From Bacteroidota bacterium (lineage in GTDB: Bacteria > Bacteroidota > Bacteroidia > JAKFFM01): DNA of 64,000 bases. The position numbers and the translations under genes are program-made. Positions 37,606 through 48,761 of this stretch are shown here, piece after piece. Every line of letters begins with the position of its first letter. Position 1 is the first letter of the stretch. The notes beneath the pieces were generated by a model, which did not search any database, was not told where the DNA came from, and was given only the letters and a program-made list of their open reading frames with translations. Location: positions 83,120-147,119 of the forward strand of contig JAKFFM010000002.1 in assembly GCA_036675075.1 (NCBI GenBank), in the 5' to 3' direction.

Positions 37606-38514
37606 ATGAAAGGGGTTGTCGTAAAATCAACAGGTAGCTGGTATTCTGTGAGAACGGAGAACGGTGAATTCCTGGATTGTCGTATGCGCGGGAAATTCAG
37701 GATGCAGGGTTTGAAATCAACCAATCCGGTGGCAGTGGGAGATTATGTGTCGATATCTGTTGAAGATGATGGCCGTGGTGTGATCAACACCATTGAAGAA
37801 CGCAAGAATTACATCGTCAGGAAATCTGTTAATCTTTCAAAACAGACACATATTCTAGCTGCCAATATCGATCAGGCTTACCTTATCGTTACGATCACAC
37901 AGCCCCGGACATCCAATGGGTTCATTGATCGCTTTCTTGTAACTGCTGAAGCATACAGGATTCCTGCAGTTCTGATCTTCAACAAAAAAGATCTCTACGG
38001 AGAAGAGGATACAGAGAAGCTTACCGAATGGATGGATTTGTATGAATCGGCGGGATACCGCTGCAGGCTTGTTTCTGCATTTAATGAGGATGACATCGCA
38101 TCGCTTCGCCAGCAGATCAAGGGTAAAACGACCTTGTTCTGTGGCCATTCCGGATCAGGCAAATCATCGTTAATCAATGCAATTCAACCTGGCCTCAATG
38201 TAAAAGTCGGTGATATTTCCCAGGCACATTTTAAAGGCACGCACACAACAACCTTTGCTGAAATGTTCCCTCTCGAAGAAGGAGGGAATATTATTGATAC
38301 GCCAGGAATCAAGGAGCTTGGACTTGCAGAGATGACCCGCTATGAGCTTTCACATTTTTTTCCAGAGATGCGTGAGATGCTGAATCAATGCAGGTTTGAT
38401 AACTGCATTCACATGAATGAGCCCGGTTGTAAAGTAAAGGATGCGGTTGAAGAAGGTACCATCTCATCGTTGAGGTATGACAGTTATGTAAACATGATGA
38501 CAACCGATTTATGA
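37606..38514 (+). CDS. rsgA: Ribosome small-subunit-dependent GTPase A
   Basis: 302 aa; N-terminal OB fold, circularly permuted GTPase motifs (NKKDL ... GHSGSGKSSLINAI ... DTPG), C-terminal zinc knuckle CRFDNCIHMNEPGC. Confidence 0.8.
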   Translation: MKGVVVKSTGSWYSVRTENGEFLDCRMRGKFRMQGLKSTNPVAVGDYVSISVEDDGRGVINTIEERKNYIVRKSVNLSKQTHILAANIDQAYLIVTITQPRTSNGFIDRFLVTAEAYRIPAVLIFNKKDLYGEEDTEKLTEWMDLYESAGYRCRLVSAFNEDDIASLRQQIKGKTTLFCGHSGSGKSSLINAIQPGLNVKVGDISQAHFKGTHTTTFAEMFPLEEGGNIIDTPGIKELGLAEMTRYELSHFFPEMREMLNQCRFDNCIHMNEPGCKVKDAVEEGTISSLRYDSYVNMMTTDL

Positions 38515-38963
38515 GAGTTGTAATTCAACGTGTAAGTGAAGCGTCAGTAAAAGTGGATGGAATTGTTAAAGGTTCCATCGGAAAGGGATTGCTTGTACTT
38601 GCCGGTTTTGAAGAAGCAGATACTCTTGAAGATATAGAATGGATTTCGGGAAAGATCATTAACCTCAGGATCTTTGATGATGAACAGGGAGTGATGAATC
38701 TTTCTTTGATCGATGCATCAGGTCACATTCTTGCCATTAGCCAGTTCACCTTGCATGCGAGTACCCGGAAAGGAAACAGACCATCCTACATCAAAGCAGC
38801 TAAACCGGAAATCGCCTTGCCTTTGTATCAGAGGTTCCTTGAAGTCATGACGAAAAAAACAGGGATTAAAACTGAAGCAGGTGTGTTTGGTGCAGACATG
38901 AAAGTATCACTGGTTAATGATGGACCTGTTACAATCGTGATTGACAGCAGGAACCGTGAATAG
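38511..38963 (+). CDS. dtd: D-aminoacyl-tRNA deacylase
   Basis: 150 aa; MRVVIQRVSEASVKVDG ... GLLVLAGF ... SQFTLHAS ... GNRPSY collinear with Dtd; start overlaps the rsgA stop by 4 nt. Confidence 0.85.
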   Translation: MRVVIQRVSEASVKVDGIVKGSIGKGLLVLAGFEEADTLEDIEWISGKIINLRIFDDEQGVMNLSLIDASGHILAISQFTLHASTRKGNRPSYIKAAKPEIALPLYQRFLEVMTKKTGIKTEAGVFGADMKVSLVNDGPVTIVIDSRNRE

Positions 38964-39047
38964 ATTCCGGTTATCTTCTGATTAAGTCATTCAAAAGAAT
39001 GATGTGGCACTTTATTTTCCTTACAACAGGTATTCTATTACCTGAAC

Positions 39048-40115
39048 GTGAACAGCATTTTGCTTATCAGCAGTTATTTTCTGGGAGGACTTGTTCTTCT
39101 CACGACGCTCCTTTCAATACTTCCGATTCAAAAGTGGTGGTCGCGCATTTGTGATTTTGTTCCGCTGCAGCTACTGGTCATGGGCTTTTCATCTCTGGTG
39201 CTTTTCCTGATTGCCGAGCATAAAAATCTTAACGCTTTTCAGTGGATCTATTTGGTGTTGCTTGTTTCTGTCATTATTTATCATCTCGTTTCTGTGTATC
39301 CATATACCATATTTCACAGATACAGAAGCCTTCCCTCAAATAAAATCTCTGATAAAAGCAATCAGGTAAGCATGGTGTATTGCAATGTGCTGATGGAGAA
39401 CAGGCAAAGTGAACGTTTACTGAATGTTGTGAGAAGCATGGATGCAGATATCCTGCTGTTTGCAGAAACCGATGAATGGTGGCATGAGAAGCTTCAAGTG
39501 CTGAAGGAAAAATATGAACATTTCAGGGAGCTGCCATTGCCTAATACCTATGGGATGTTGTTTTATTCCCGGTTGCCGTTCGAAAGCAAGGGCTTTGAAT
39601 TTCTTATAGAGAATGATGTGCCATCACTTTCTCCTGTACTGACATTAAGAAGCGGACAAAAAGTACAGTGTTACTTTATTCATCCCAAGCCACCGGTTCC
39701 AGGTGAAAGTGATGATTCAAAAGAGCGCGATGCTGAACTGCTTGTTGTGGCGAAAAAGGCACGCGCATCAAAACTTCCGGTGATCGTTGCGGGTGATTTG
39801 AATGATGTTGGATGGTCACCAAGCTCTATGCTTTTCCAAAAGAACGGAAGACTGCTGGATCCGCGCATAGGACGAGGATTGTTTGCGACATACCATGCGA
39901 AGTATCCTGTTTTCAGATGGCCTCTTGATCACATCTTTCACAGTGATCACTTCAGGGTAAGTAAGATCAGGAAATTAGGTTATACAGGTTCTGATCATTT
40001 TCCGATTTATGTAAAGCTCAGCTATGAGCCAGATGGGAAGAACAGTCAGAATTTGCCAGACCTTGACAAGGAGGATATCAATGAAGCGAATGAAAAGATG
40101 GATCCGAAGGAGTGA
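39048..40115 (+). CDS. Membrane-anchored endonuclease/exonuclease/phosphatase (EEP) family protein
   Basis: 355 aa; three N-terminal TM helices; C-terminal domain with VIVAGDLND and GSDHFPIYVKL typical of the EEP fold; GTG start. Confidence 0.6.
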   Translation: MNSILLISSYFLGGLVLLTTLLSILPIQKWWSRICDFVPLQLLVMGFSSLVLFLIAEHKNLNAFQWIYLVLLVSVIIYHLVSVYPYTIFHRYRSLPSNKISDKSNQVSMVYCNVLMENRQSERLLNVVRSMDADILLFAETDEWWHEKLQVLKEKYEHFRELPLPNTYGMLFYSRLPFESKGFEFLIENDVPSLSPVLTLRSGQKVQCYFIHPKPPVPGESDDSKERDAELLVVAKKARASKLPVIVAGDLNDVGWSPSSMLFQKNGRLLDPRIGRGLFATYHAKYPVFRWPLDHIFHSDHFRVSKIRKLGYTGSDHFPIYVKLSYEPDGKNSQNLPDLDKEDINEANEKMDPKE

Positions 40116-40128
40116 TCACGATACGGTA

Positions 40129-40746
40129 TCACCTGGCTTTTTCCCCGGCAACTACGTTTTGTTCCAGTATGCGTTTCATGTTTGAATTGGTCTGAAAGGG
40201 ACCTTCGATCATTGCCTTGTTTATAAGCCTTTTTGGGAGGTCTCCGCCCGGATCTGCCTTCATGATGGTATAGAGAACCTCGATGCCATCAGGAACAGAC
40301 CTGAGGCGCCATTCAGCATCATATACCGGAATACGCACGAGGTCTTTTTCGAAGCCAATGAAATCAGGAAGCGCATGTTGTGTGATCATGACATCTCCCA
40401 GAGAATCTTCTTTTACAACAAGATGAATAACCATATCACGGTCCTTGGCGAACGGTACACTGTTTACCTGGTAATGGATGAGCTCAGTGTCTGACCGCTT
40501 TTCAAGCACCCTCGCTGCTCTGCATTTGTAGATCCACTCCGGAAAGCGTTCCACGTTCATAATCAGTGAAACAGCCGCTGACATGCTGGTTTTTACGACA
40601 CCTACAACTTTGATCGAAGGATAATCTGTACCATTGGCTTTGGTGTACACCAGGATTCCGTCTTCCTGTTTGTGCAGGACCCAATCCTGAGCCAGTGCAG
40701 GCTGTGCGAAAAGGATCATGCAAAAGATGTAGTAGAAGATGCGCAT
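40129..40746 (-). CDS. Hypothetical secreted protein (possibly a lipid-binding START/SRPBCC-like fold)
   Basis: 205 aa; signal peptide MRIFYYIFCMILFAQPALAQ; no catalytic motif recognised. Confidence 0.4.
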   Translation of the reverse strand: MRIFYYIFCMILFAQPALAQDWVLHKQEDGILVYTKANGTDYPSIKVVGVVKTSMSAAVSLIMNVERFPEWIYKCRAARVLEKRSDTELIHYQVNSVPFAKDRDMVIHLVVKEDSLGDVMITQHALPDFIGFEKDLVRIPVYDAEWRLRSVPDGIEVLYTIMKADPGGDLPKRLINKAMIEGPFQTNSNMKRILEQNVVAGEKAR

Positions 40747-40787
40747 GTTTTTTTATTCAGCATAGGCAATCATCCTGCCAATAAGCA

Positions 40788-40819
40788 CAGAAGCCCCATC
40801 CGGTTGGATGAGGCTTCTG
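40788..40819 (-). terminator. Stem-loop downstream of atpC; possible atpDC terminator with weak U-tract
   Basis: cagaagcc (40788-40795) and ggcttctg (40812-40819) form an 8-bp stem with a nested catcc/ggatg stem; no strong T-run on the minus strand. Confidence 0.35.
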
Positions 40820-40839
40820 CAGTGAATCAAAAAAATGAA

Positions 40840-41076
40840 TTAATCAGCGAGTACAGTGATCTTGTTGTTCAGCACTTCAACAACGCCGCCCTTAACATCA
40901 AAGTAATGGGTTGCATTGGCAGTGTCGATCACCTTGATCTTTCCAACTCTCAGTGTGCTGATCATGGGCGCGTGGTTTTTCAGGATACCAAAAGAACCAT
41001 CTTTGCCCGGCAGCTTCACGGAGTTGATTTCCCCGGTGTACACTTTTTTATCTGGTGTTATAATTTCGAGATGCAT
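40840..41076 (-). CDS. atpC: F-type ATP synthase epsilon subunit (short form)
   Basis: 78 aa; MHLEIITPDKKVYTGEINSVKLPGKDGSFGILKNHAPMIS matches the epsilon beta-sandwich; immediately downstream of atpD. Confidence 0.75.
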   Translation of the reverse strand: MHLEIITPDKKVYTGEINSVKLPGKDGSFGILKNHAPMISTLRVGKIKVIDTANATHYFDVKGGVVEVLNNKITVLAD

Positions 41077-41084
41077 GTTCTGAA

Positions 41085-42623
<1,539 letters not shown>

Positions 42624-42718
42624 TCAGGGCGCAAAGGTATTATTTATTATCGTTTTATAAGCGATTACGGACCTCTATTTTATTTTTTTATTTTTATCCG
42701 CCCAAAAGGTACGAGTAG

Positions 42719-43642
42719 TTGAAAGTTTTCCGCGATATCCGTCATCTTCCTGAGTTCAAGAATCCCTCAGTTACTACTGGTACCTTTGATGGCGTTCACC
42801 TTGGCCACAGGCAGATCATCAGCAAGGTCACTGAATCAGCCCGTAAAATGCAGGGAGAGAGTGTGATCCTGACGTTTTACCCGCATCCTCGCATGGTGCT
42901 GTTTCCAGATGATAATGACCTCAAGCTTTTGAACACCCAGGATGAGAAAATTGCATTGTTGGAGCAGGCTGGTGTTGACAACCTCATCATCATCCCGTTT
43001 ACAAAGGAATTTTCGAGACTTTCATCGGTTGAATTCGTCCGTGAGATCCTCGTTACCGGCATTGGCACACGGAAGCTTGTCATCGGCTATGATCACCATT
43101 TTGGAAGGAACAGGGAAGGTTCGTTTGAACACCTGAAGGAATATGGACCTTTGTATGGTTTTGATGTTGAAGAGATCCCTAAGCAGCTCGTCGATGATGT
43201 GGCTGTCAGCTCCACTAAGATCCGGAACCTGCTTCTTGAAGGGAATATCCGCGAAGCGAACAATTGCCTTGGATACGAATATTTCTTTTCCGGAATTGTT
43301 GTGAAAGGGAAGCAACTCGGACGCGAATTAGGCTTTCCGACTGCAAATGTGCATATCAATGACCGGTACAAGCTCATCCCCGCTATAGGCATCTATGCTG
43401 TGAAAGTGATCGTGGATGATGCTGAATATAAAGGCATGATGAGCATTGGTGTGCGACCTACCATCGGGGGTACACCGCTGACAGTTGAAGTAAACATCTT
43501 CGATTTCAGCCAGGATATCTATTCAAAGGAAATTCGCGTTAAACTTGTGGAAAGGCTTCGTGATGAACAACACTTTGATTCTCTTGAAGCACTAAAAGCA
43601 CAAATACAGGATGACAAGATCCGGTCACTTCAGATCCTTTAA
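42719..43642 (+). CDS. ribF: Bifunctional riboflavin kinase / FMN adenylyltransferase
   Basis: 307 aa; TTGTFDGVHLGHRQII at the N-terminus, C-terminal riboflavin kinase domain (GFPTANV ... EVNIFDFS); TTG start. Confidence 0.85.
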   Translation: MKVFRDIRHLPEFKNPSVTTGTFDGVHLGHRQIISKVTESARKMQGESVILTFYPHPRMVLFPDDNDLKLLNTQDEKIALLEQAGVDNLIIIPFTKEFSRLSSVEFVREILVTGIGTRKLVIGYDHHFGRNREGSFEHLKEYGPLYGFDVEEIPKQLVDDVAVSSTKIRNLLLEGNIREANNCLGYEYFFSGIVVKGKQLGRELGFPTANVHINDRYKLIPAIGIYAVKVIVDDAEYKGMMSIGVRPTIGGTPLTVEVNIFDFSQDIYSKEIRVKLVERLRDEQHFDSLEALKAQIQDDKIRSLQIL

Positions 43643-44159
43643 TTCATTACTCATTCTTTTTCTATGTCTGTGGCAATCTGCACCGGCCCAGAGTACAGGA
43701 CCCGTCGATTCAACGAAAGTATTTACTGACCTCAGTAAGGCACTTGCAAATCCGGCTTCCGTGTATAAACTCAGGCTTAAAAAAAAGAAATATAAAGAAG
43801 TACCGACGGAAATATTCAATTACTTCCCAAACCTTAAAAGCCTTGATCTAAGCCATAACCAGATAACGACCATCCCTTCCGGAATCCGTAATCTGAAAAA
43901 CCTGGAGCGGCTTATCCTGAATAACAATGAAATCACAGCCCTTCCCCCACAAATTGGAGAGCTTTTAAAGCTTGAGTACCTGGATATGTGGAGTAATGAG
44001 CTGACTTATATTCCTGATGAGATTGCAATGATCAAAGACAACCTGAAGATATTTGATCTGCGTGGAATCCTTATTGACGAAGGGCAGCAGAAAAGGTTAA
44101 GACAACTCCTTCCTAAAACGAAGCTTCATTTTTCACCTGGGTGCAACTGTGGACAGTAA
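43611..44159 (+). CDS. Secreted leucine-rich-repeat protein
   Basis: 182 aa; signal peptide; five LRRs (LDLSHNQITTIPSGIRNLKNLERLILNNNEITALP...); 5' end overlaps ribF by 32 nt. Confidence 0.55.
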   Translation: MTRSGHFRSFNSLLILFLCLWQSAPAQSTGPVDSTKVFTDLSKALANPASVYKLRLKKKKYKEVPTEIFNYFPNLKSLDLSHNQITTIPSGIRNLKNLERLILNNNEITALPPQIGELLKLEYLDMWSNELTYIPDEIAMIKDNLKIFDLRGILIDEGQQKRLRQLLPKTKLHFSPGCNCGQ

Positions 44160-44792
44160 GTCCAGTTCTTTATCGATCTTTCGCTTTTCGGCAAGAATGT
44201 TCTGGAACACCGCCTTTTTATTCTCCGATTGCCAGATAACCCCTGAAAGCACCATCCCGTCGAATCCCATTTCATAGATTGATTTGAGGTTTTCCTGGTT
44301 AACACCGCCAAGCGCATAAACTTTATGGCTTGTCTTGTTCAATGCGATCTGAAGATTATGATGCACAAAACCTGACTGATAGCCGCTCTTGCTGATGCTG
44401 TCGAAAATTGGACTGAGGAAAACATAGTCGTACGGATGTTCATCATCAAAGAGATTTGACAGGTTGCTGTAGGAAGTGGATACGATCATCGTTTTCTTCC
44501 TGAGCTTGTAATAGAAAATCTTGATGCGGGTAATGAACGAGTTTTTCTTTTTTTGTCGTTTGCCAATATGAATGCCACCAAGATTGTGTTTAAGCGCCAG
44601 CTTATAATTTGAATGGATGACGATCCTTGGCCAGAATTTTTTTGGTATCTGATGGATGTAGTTGCTCATCTGGTTCAAGCTGAAATCAGGCTTTCTGAGA
44701 TGATACAGATCAAGACCTGATTCAAAAAAAGATGATACGAGCAATGGTTCATCTTCGGTAGTTTTGGAAGGGGAAAGCAGGACCAGTTTCAT
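44133..44792 (-). CDS. Thiamine-phosphate synthase (ThiE/TenI) family protein
   Basis: 219 aa; GGIHIGKRQ, YDYVFLSPIFDSISKSG and ALGGVNQENL collinear with the TMP-TENI TIM-barrel fold; function not proven. Confidence 0.5.
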   Translation of the reverse strand: MKLVLLSPSKTTEDEPLLVSSFFESGLDLYHLRKPDFSLNQMSNYIHQIPKKFWPRIVIHSNYKLALKHNLGGIHIGKRQKKKNSFITRIKIFYYKLRKKTMIVSTSYSNLSNLFDDEHPYDYVFLSPIFDSISKSGYQSGFVHHNLQIALNKTSHKVYALGGVNQENLKSIYEMGFDGMVLSGVIWQSENKKAVFQNILAEKRKIDKELDLLSTVAPR

Positions 44793-45520
44793 TTAATCAG
44801 CTTGTAAATTTCTTCAATTAGTGATGGATTGTTTTTCGCACCATTGCCAATCACGATCATGTCAGCACCGGCATCAAACAGTTCACGGGCGGTTTCCTTG
44901 CTTCTGATTCCTCCTCCTACGATCAATGGGATGTTGATGGTTTTTCGCACAGCAGCCACCATTTCAGCAGGAACACTGTATGCCGCGCCACTTCCAGCTT
45001 CAAGGTAGATTACTTTTAAACCGAGGAGCATGCCCGCCGCTGCCGTAGCTGCAGCAATACCCGATTTTTCACGTGGTATAGGCAGGGTGTTGCTGATGTA
45101 TGAAACTGATGTTCCTTTTCCACCATCAATAAGAATGTAGCCGGTTGGGATCTTCTCAAGCTTTGATCTCAAAAGCCTTGAAGCCGATTCAACATGACGC
45201 CCGATAAGGAGGTCTGGATTCCGTCCTGAAATCAAGGATAGCAGAAGCAATGCATCAGCCTGCTCCGACAACTGTGAAGGATCACCCGGAAAAAGGATTA
45301 CGGGTTTCTTTATGCTGCTTCGGATGGCTTTCAGCTTTTTTTCTGAATCGTTTTCCAGGATAATGCTTCCGCCAAACAGTAGTATGTCAAACCATTTCTG
45401 ATTCTTCTTCAATAAGGCGATGAATTCATCATCACAGTCATCAGGGTCGGCCAGAATGGCAAACAGCTTTTGTTTCGACTTATGTTTTTCCTCAAGGAGT
45501 TTCGCGAGCATCTTTAACAA
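44789..45520 (-). CDS. PcrB/GGGP-synthase family prenyltransferase
   Basis: 243 aa; YLEAGSGAAYSVP and PLIVGGGIRSKETARELFDAGADMIVIGNGA match the (hepta)prenylglyceryl-phosphate synthase fold. Confidence 0.6.
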   Translation of the reverse strand: MLKMLAKLLEEKHKSKQKLFAILADPDDCDDEFIALLKKNQKWFDILLFGGSIILENDSEKKLKAIRSSIKKPVILFPGDPSQLSEQADALLLLSLISGRNPDLLIGRHVESASRLLRSKLEKIPTGYILIDGGKGTSVSYISNTLPIPREKSGIAAATAAAGMLLGLKVIYLEAGSGAAYSVPAEMVAAVRKTINIPLIVGGGIRSKETARELFDAGADMIVIGNGAKNNPSLIEEIYKLIK

Positions 45521-45526
45521 TAATAA

Positions 45527-46135
45527 CTAATCCAGAAGATATACAAGCATGAGCTGATCGAGTTTTTTATAACCGAGGGTATAGATCCGATCCCTGAAAG
45601 TTGCATTGATCGTGCCTTCCGATTGATATTCAAAAGGTGAAACGATGATGTCACAATTGAACTGGACATTGCCTTTGCTCCAGGCCTTGTACATGGCTTC
45701 TTTTGCGCCCCAGATGATGTGTTTCTGGATGGATGATCCTGCAAATGCCTTTTCTGATTCGGATAAAAAACGGCTGCTTATCCGTTCAACTTTGTTTCCT
45801 ATGATCTCTATATCAAGACCTGTTGGAAGATCCGAAAGCGCCACTGCACAATACTTTGATGTATGAGAGATGGAAAGCTCCTTTTGCATTGATGGCAGCA
45901 CTGGTTTCCCTTCGGGAGTGTAGATGATCTCGCCCGCTGATGGCTCTATGGATCTCAGTAAAAGTCGCGTTCCAAGCCATTGACGGCGGTAATTGAGGTT
46001 TTTGATCGTATTTGCCTGCTCGGCCAGATGTGCTGGTACAGAGTCCGTTGCATGACCAATGTCATCAGATATCTCTGCAACCGCAACTTTTGGCTTGCCT
46101 GGCTCGTTATGGAAGTATATAACCCTGATGCTCAC
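45527..46135 (-). CDS. 4'-phosphopantetheinyl transferase (Sfp type)
   Basis: 202 aa; EGKPVL...SISHTSKYCAVALS, GLDIEII and WGAKEAMYKAWSKG motifs. Confidence 0.7.
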   Translation of the reverse strand: MSIRVIYFHNEPGKPKVAVAEISDDIGHATDSVPAHLAEQANTIKNLNYRRQWLGTRLLLRSIEPSAGEIIYTPEGKPVLPSMQKELSISHTSKYCAVALSDLPTGLDIEIIGNKVERISSRFLSESEKAFAGSSIQKHIIWGAKEAMYKAWSKGNVQFNCDIIVSPFEYQSEGTINATFRDRIYTLGYKKLDQLMLVYLLD

Positions 46136-46209
46136 AGTTCAAAATTACGTAGCCTATTGAGATCTGTTAATAATTTATCATATTTGTTCATTACTTAATC
46201 CTCCGAACT

Positions 46210-47241
46210 ATGAATGCCGTCAAAGCCAAGAAGTTAGTGCTTGTCGCTGCTGCTGGTTTCTTTATGTATTCTTCAGCACTTGCACAGGAAGTTTTGTATC
46301 CATTCTCATCCAAAGGAAAATATGGATTCATAAACAAAGCCGGTAAAGTGGTTGTTCAGCCAGTTTACAATTATGCCGATCACTTCTCAGAAGATATGGC
46401 TGTTGTTAAAAAGGCCGGAAAGAAAGGGTATATCGATAAATCAGGTAAGCTTGTTATTGATGCCATTTACGAAGAAGCAAATGGGTTCAAGGAAGGATTA
46501 AGCTGTGTGAAAAAAGATGGCCGCTGGTTTTATATTGATAAGACTGGCAAGACAATCATAGAAGCACCAAAGTGTGATTTCGCCTATAATTTTTCTGATG
46601 AGCTTGCCCGTTTGCAGATAGGCATGAAGCTCGGATATATGGACAAATCAGGAAAGATTGTAATAGAACCTAAATATGATGCAGCCTATGATTTTAACGA
46701 TGACCTTGCCCGTGTGAAGCCTCAGATGAAAGGGAAATGGGGATTCATTGATAAAAAAGGAAACCTTGTGATTCCTGCACAGTTCGATGATTGCTTTGAT
46801 TTTTCAGAAGGACTAGCCAACGTTCGTAAAGGCGAAGAGTCAACAGGAAAATGGGGCTTTATTGACAAGTCCGGAAAATTTGTGATCGAACCAAAATTTG
46901 ATCGTGCCTGGGGCTTTTCCAATGGCCTTGCATTAGTCAGAGCAGGTGATTTTAAAACCGGGAAGTTTGGTTATATCGATAAAACCGGGAAGACCGTAAT
47001 TGAACCTCAATATGACGGCGCCTTCAACTTTAAGGATGGTCTCGCCAGTGTGCTCCAGGGTGATGTAAAATCAGGAAAATGGGGATACATCGACAAGACC
47101 GGAAAGCAAGTGATCAACAGGCAGTTTGATTACCATGTTGATTTCAGGTATGGACTCGCCGGAGTTAGAATGGGTGGCTTGAAAAGCGGCCGCTCAGCAT
47201 ACATCGATAAAAAAGGAAATTACATCTGGCAGGAAGAGTAA
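46210..47241 (+). CDS. Secreted WG-repeat protein
   Basis: 343 aa; signal peptide; eight repeats of the form KWGFIDKSGK.VIEPKFD.A..F..GLA.V. Confidence 0.6.
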   Translation: MNAVKAKKLVLVAAAGFFMYSSALAQEVLYPFSSKGKYGFINKAGKVVVQPVYNYADHFSEDMAVVKKAGKKGYIDKSGKLVIDAIYEEANGFKEGLSCVKKDGRWFYIDKTGKTIIEAPKCDFAYNFSDELARLQIGMKLGYMDKSGKIVIEPKYDAAYDFNDDLARVKPQMKGKWGFIDKKGNLVIPAQFDDCFDFSEGLANVRKGEESTGKWGFIDKSGKFVIEPKFDRAWGFSNGLALVRAGDFKTGKFGYIDKTGKTVIEPQYDGAFNFKDGLASVLQGDVKSGKWGYIDKTGKQVINRQFDYHVDFRYGLAGVRMGGLKSGRSAYIDKKGNYIWQEE

Positions 47242-47244
47242 ACA

Positions 47245-48687
47245 TTGAAATCATTTAAGAGGAACTCCGGATTCCTTCTCTTCACTCTATTTTTTCTTCT
47301 GTTCCTCATTGTCAAATTCTTCTTCCATGAAATGTGGAAAGATGAATGGCAGGCATGGCAGCTGGCAACAAAAACGGAAAGCTTCAGTCAACTTCTGGGC
47401 ATGCTTCCTGGCGAAGGACACCCAACTCTATGGTTCATTCTGCTTAGAGGCTGGAACCATCTTATCAGCTTTGTTTTCCCAGATTCAGCTGAATGGTTCA
47501 GACTGCAACTTGTTCACCTGATCATTGTTGGAACCACGTTGTATCTTGTTGTATTCACTCTGATTGCACAAACCTGGAAGAAGCTTCTTTTCCTAAGCAG
47601 CTATTTTATTCTTTATGAATATTCGGTGATTGCAAGGCCATACATGATTATCGTGCTGCTTTCTTTACTTGCCGTGATCATATTATTAAAAGAGAATGAT
47701 AGCATCAAAGCCAGAATCAGCTTCTCAGTTGTCATCTTTCTGCTTACCCAGACAGAAGTTTATGGCGTGTTCATGGCAGCCGGATTTCTTTGTTATCTCC
47801 TCTGGCAGGAAGACAGGTTAAAATTCCGGAAGTATCATTTGTTTCCAATGGTCGTACTGATTGGAGGAACACTGCTGTTTTACCTGCAGGTACAACCATC
47901 TGAAGAAATATCGCCACTGATTGAGAAGGAACTTAGGACTACATTCAGAATTCTGTCCGACCCATTTCAGTCACTGACCCTCAATACATTTATGCCCGGG
48001 TTCACAGAGACAGTATTCCGGGAAGAACCTGGCGTTATTTCCTTATTGCTTGCTGCCGGATTGTTATATGGCGTCATGTCTTTGTTTAAAATTAAAAGGC
48101 GTTTGTTTCTTCCGTTTATCCTGGTTTTCATCCTGTTTTATTGTTTTGGAGTGTTCTATTTTCTTGGAGGAGTGAGGAACTGGGGGTTGATCTACATTTT
48201 TACACTTTGTCTTTTATTTTTGAAGACCTCAGAAGTGTCTGACTGGAAGGAATATATTGTGCTTAGTGTGATCTTTCTTTTCCAGTTTATTCATGGAGCC
48301 AATGTGATTCTCAGTGATGTTACCGGGAAATTTTCTAACTCCAGGGATGCAGGAGAATTCATCGCGCAGGAGATTCCCGAAGAAGTTCCCGTAATCGGTT
48401 TGAATAAAGCGTATTGTGTGGCCCTGACAGGATATTCAGAAAGATCCCTGATTGGAATGCCAGACAAGAATTCCTATTATTATTTTGAAGAGCAGGACTG
48501 GCGTGGCAAGACCTATCTTCCTGATATGGAAGAGCTATTGATGATGAAAGAACATCTTCGTTCACGAAAGATCATTGTTGTGTACAATAAGCCGCTGGAG
48601 CATGAACGGTTTCCATTGCTGAAGCCACTTACCCAATTCGATGAGCCCTCAATGCGTCGGGAGAATTATTATTTCTATTATTTTTAG
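47245..48687 (+). CDS. Polytopic membrane protein, possibly a GT-C fold glycosyltransferase
   Basis: 480 aa; about ten TM helices; DE dipeptide (MWKDEWQ) directly after TM1 as in PMT/ArnT-type GT-C enzymes; C-terminal soluble domain; 3 nt after the WG-repeat gene. Confidence 0.45.
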   Translation: MKSFKRNSGFLLFTLFFLLFLIVKFFFHEMWKDEWQAWQLATKTESFSQLLGMLPGEGHPTLWFILLRGWNHLISFVFPDSAEWFRLQLVHLIIVGTTLYLVVFTLIAQTWKKLLFLSSYFILYEYSVIARPYMIIVLLSLLAVIILLKENDSIKARISFSVVIFLLTQTEVYGVFMAAGFLCYLLWQEDRLKFRKYHLFPMVVLIGGTLLFYLQVQPSEEISPLIEKELRTTFRILSDPFQSLTLNTFMPGFTETVFREEPGVISLLLAAGLLYGVMSLFKIKRRLFLPFILVFILFYCFGVFYFLGGVRNWGLIYIFTLCLLFLKTSEVSDWKEYIVLSVIFLFQFIHGANVILSDVTGKFSNSRDAGEFIAQEIPEEVPVIGLNKAYCVALTGYSERSLIGMPDKNSYYYFEEQDWRGKTYLPDMEELLMMKEHLRSRKIIVVYNKPLEHERFPLLKPLTQFDEPSMRRENYYFYYF

Positions 48688-48761
48688 ACGAACATTATGG
48701 CCTGTCCGTTATGTAAATAGCTCAGAATTACTTATTATCTTTGCAAACTAATTTTTTAGAA

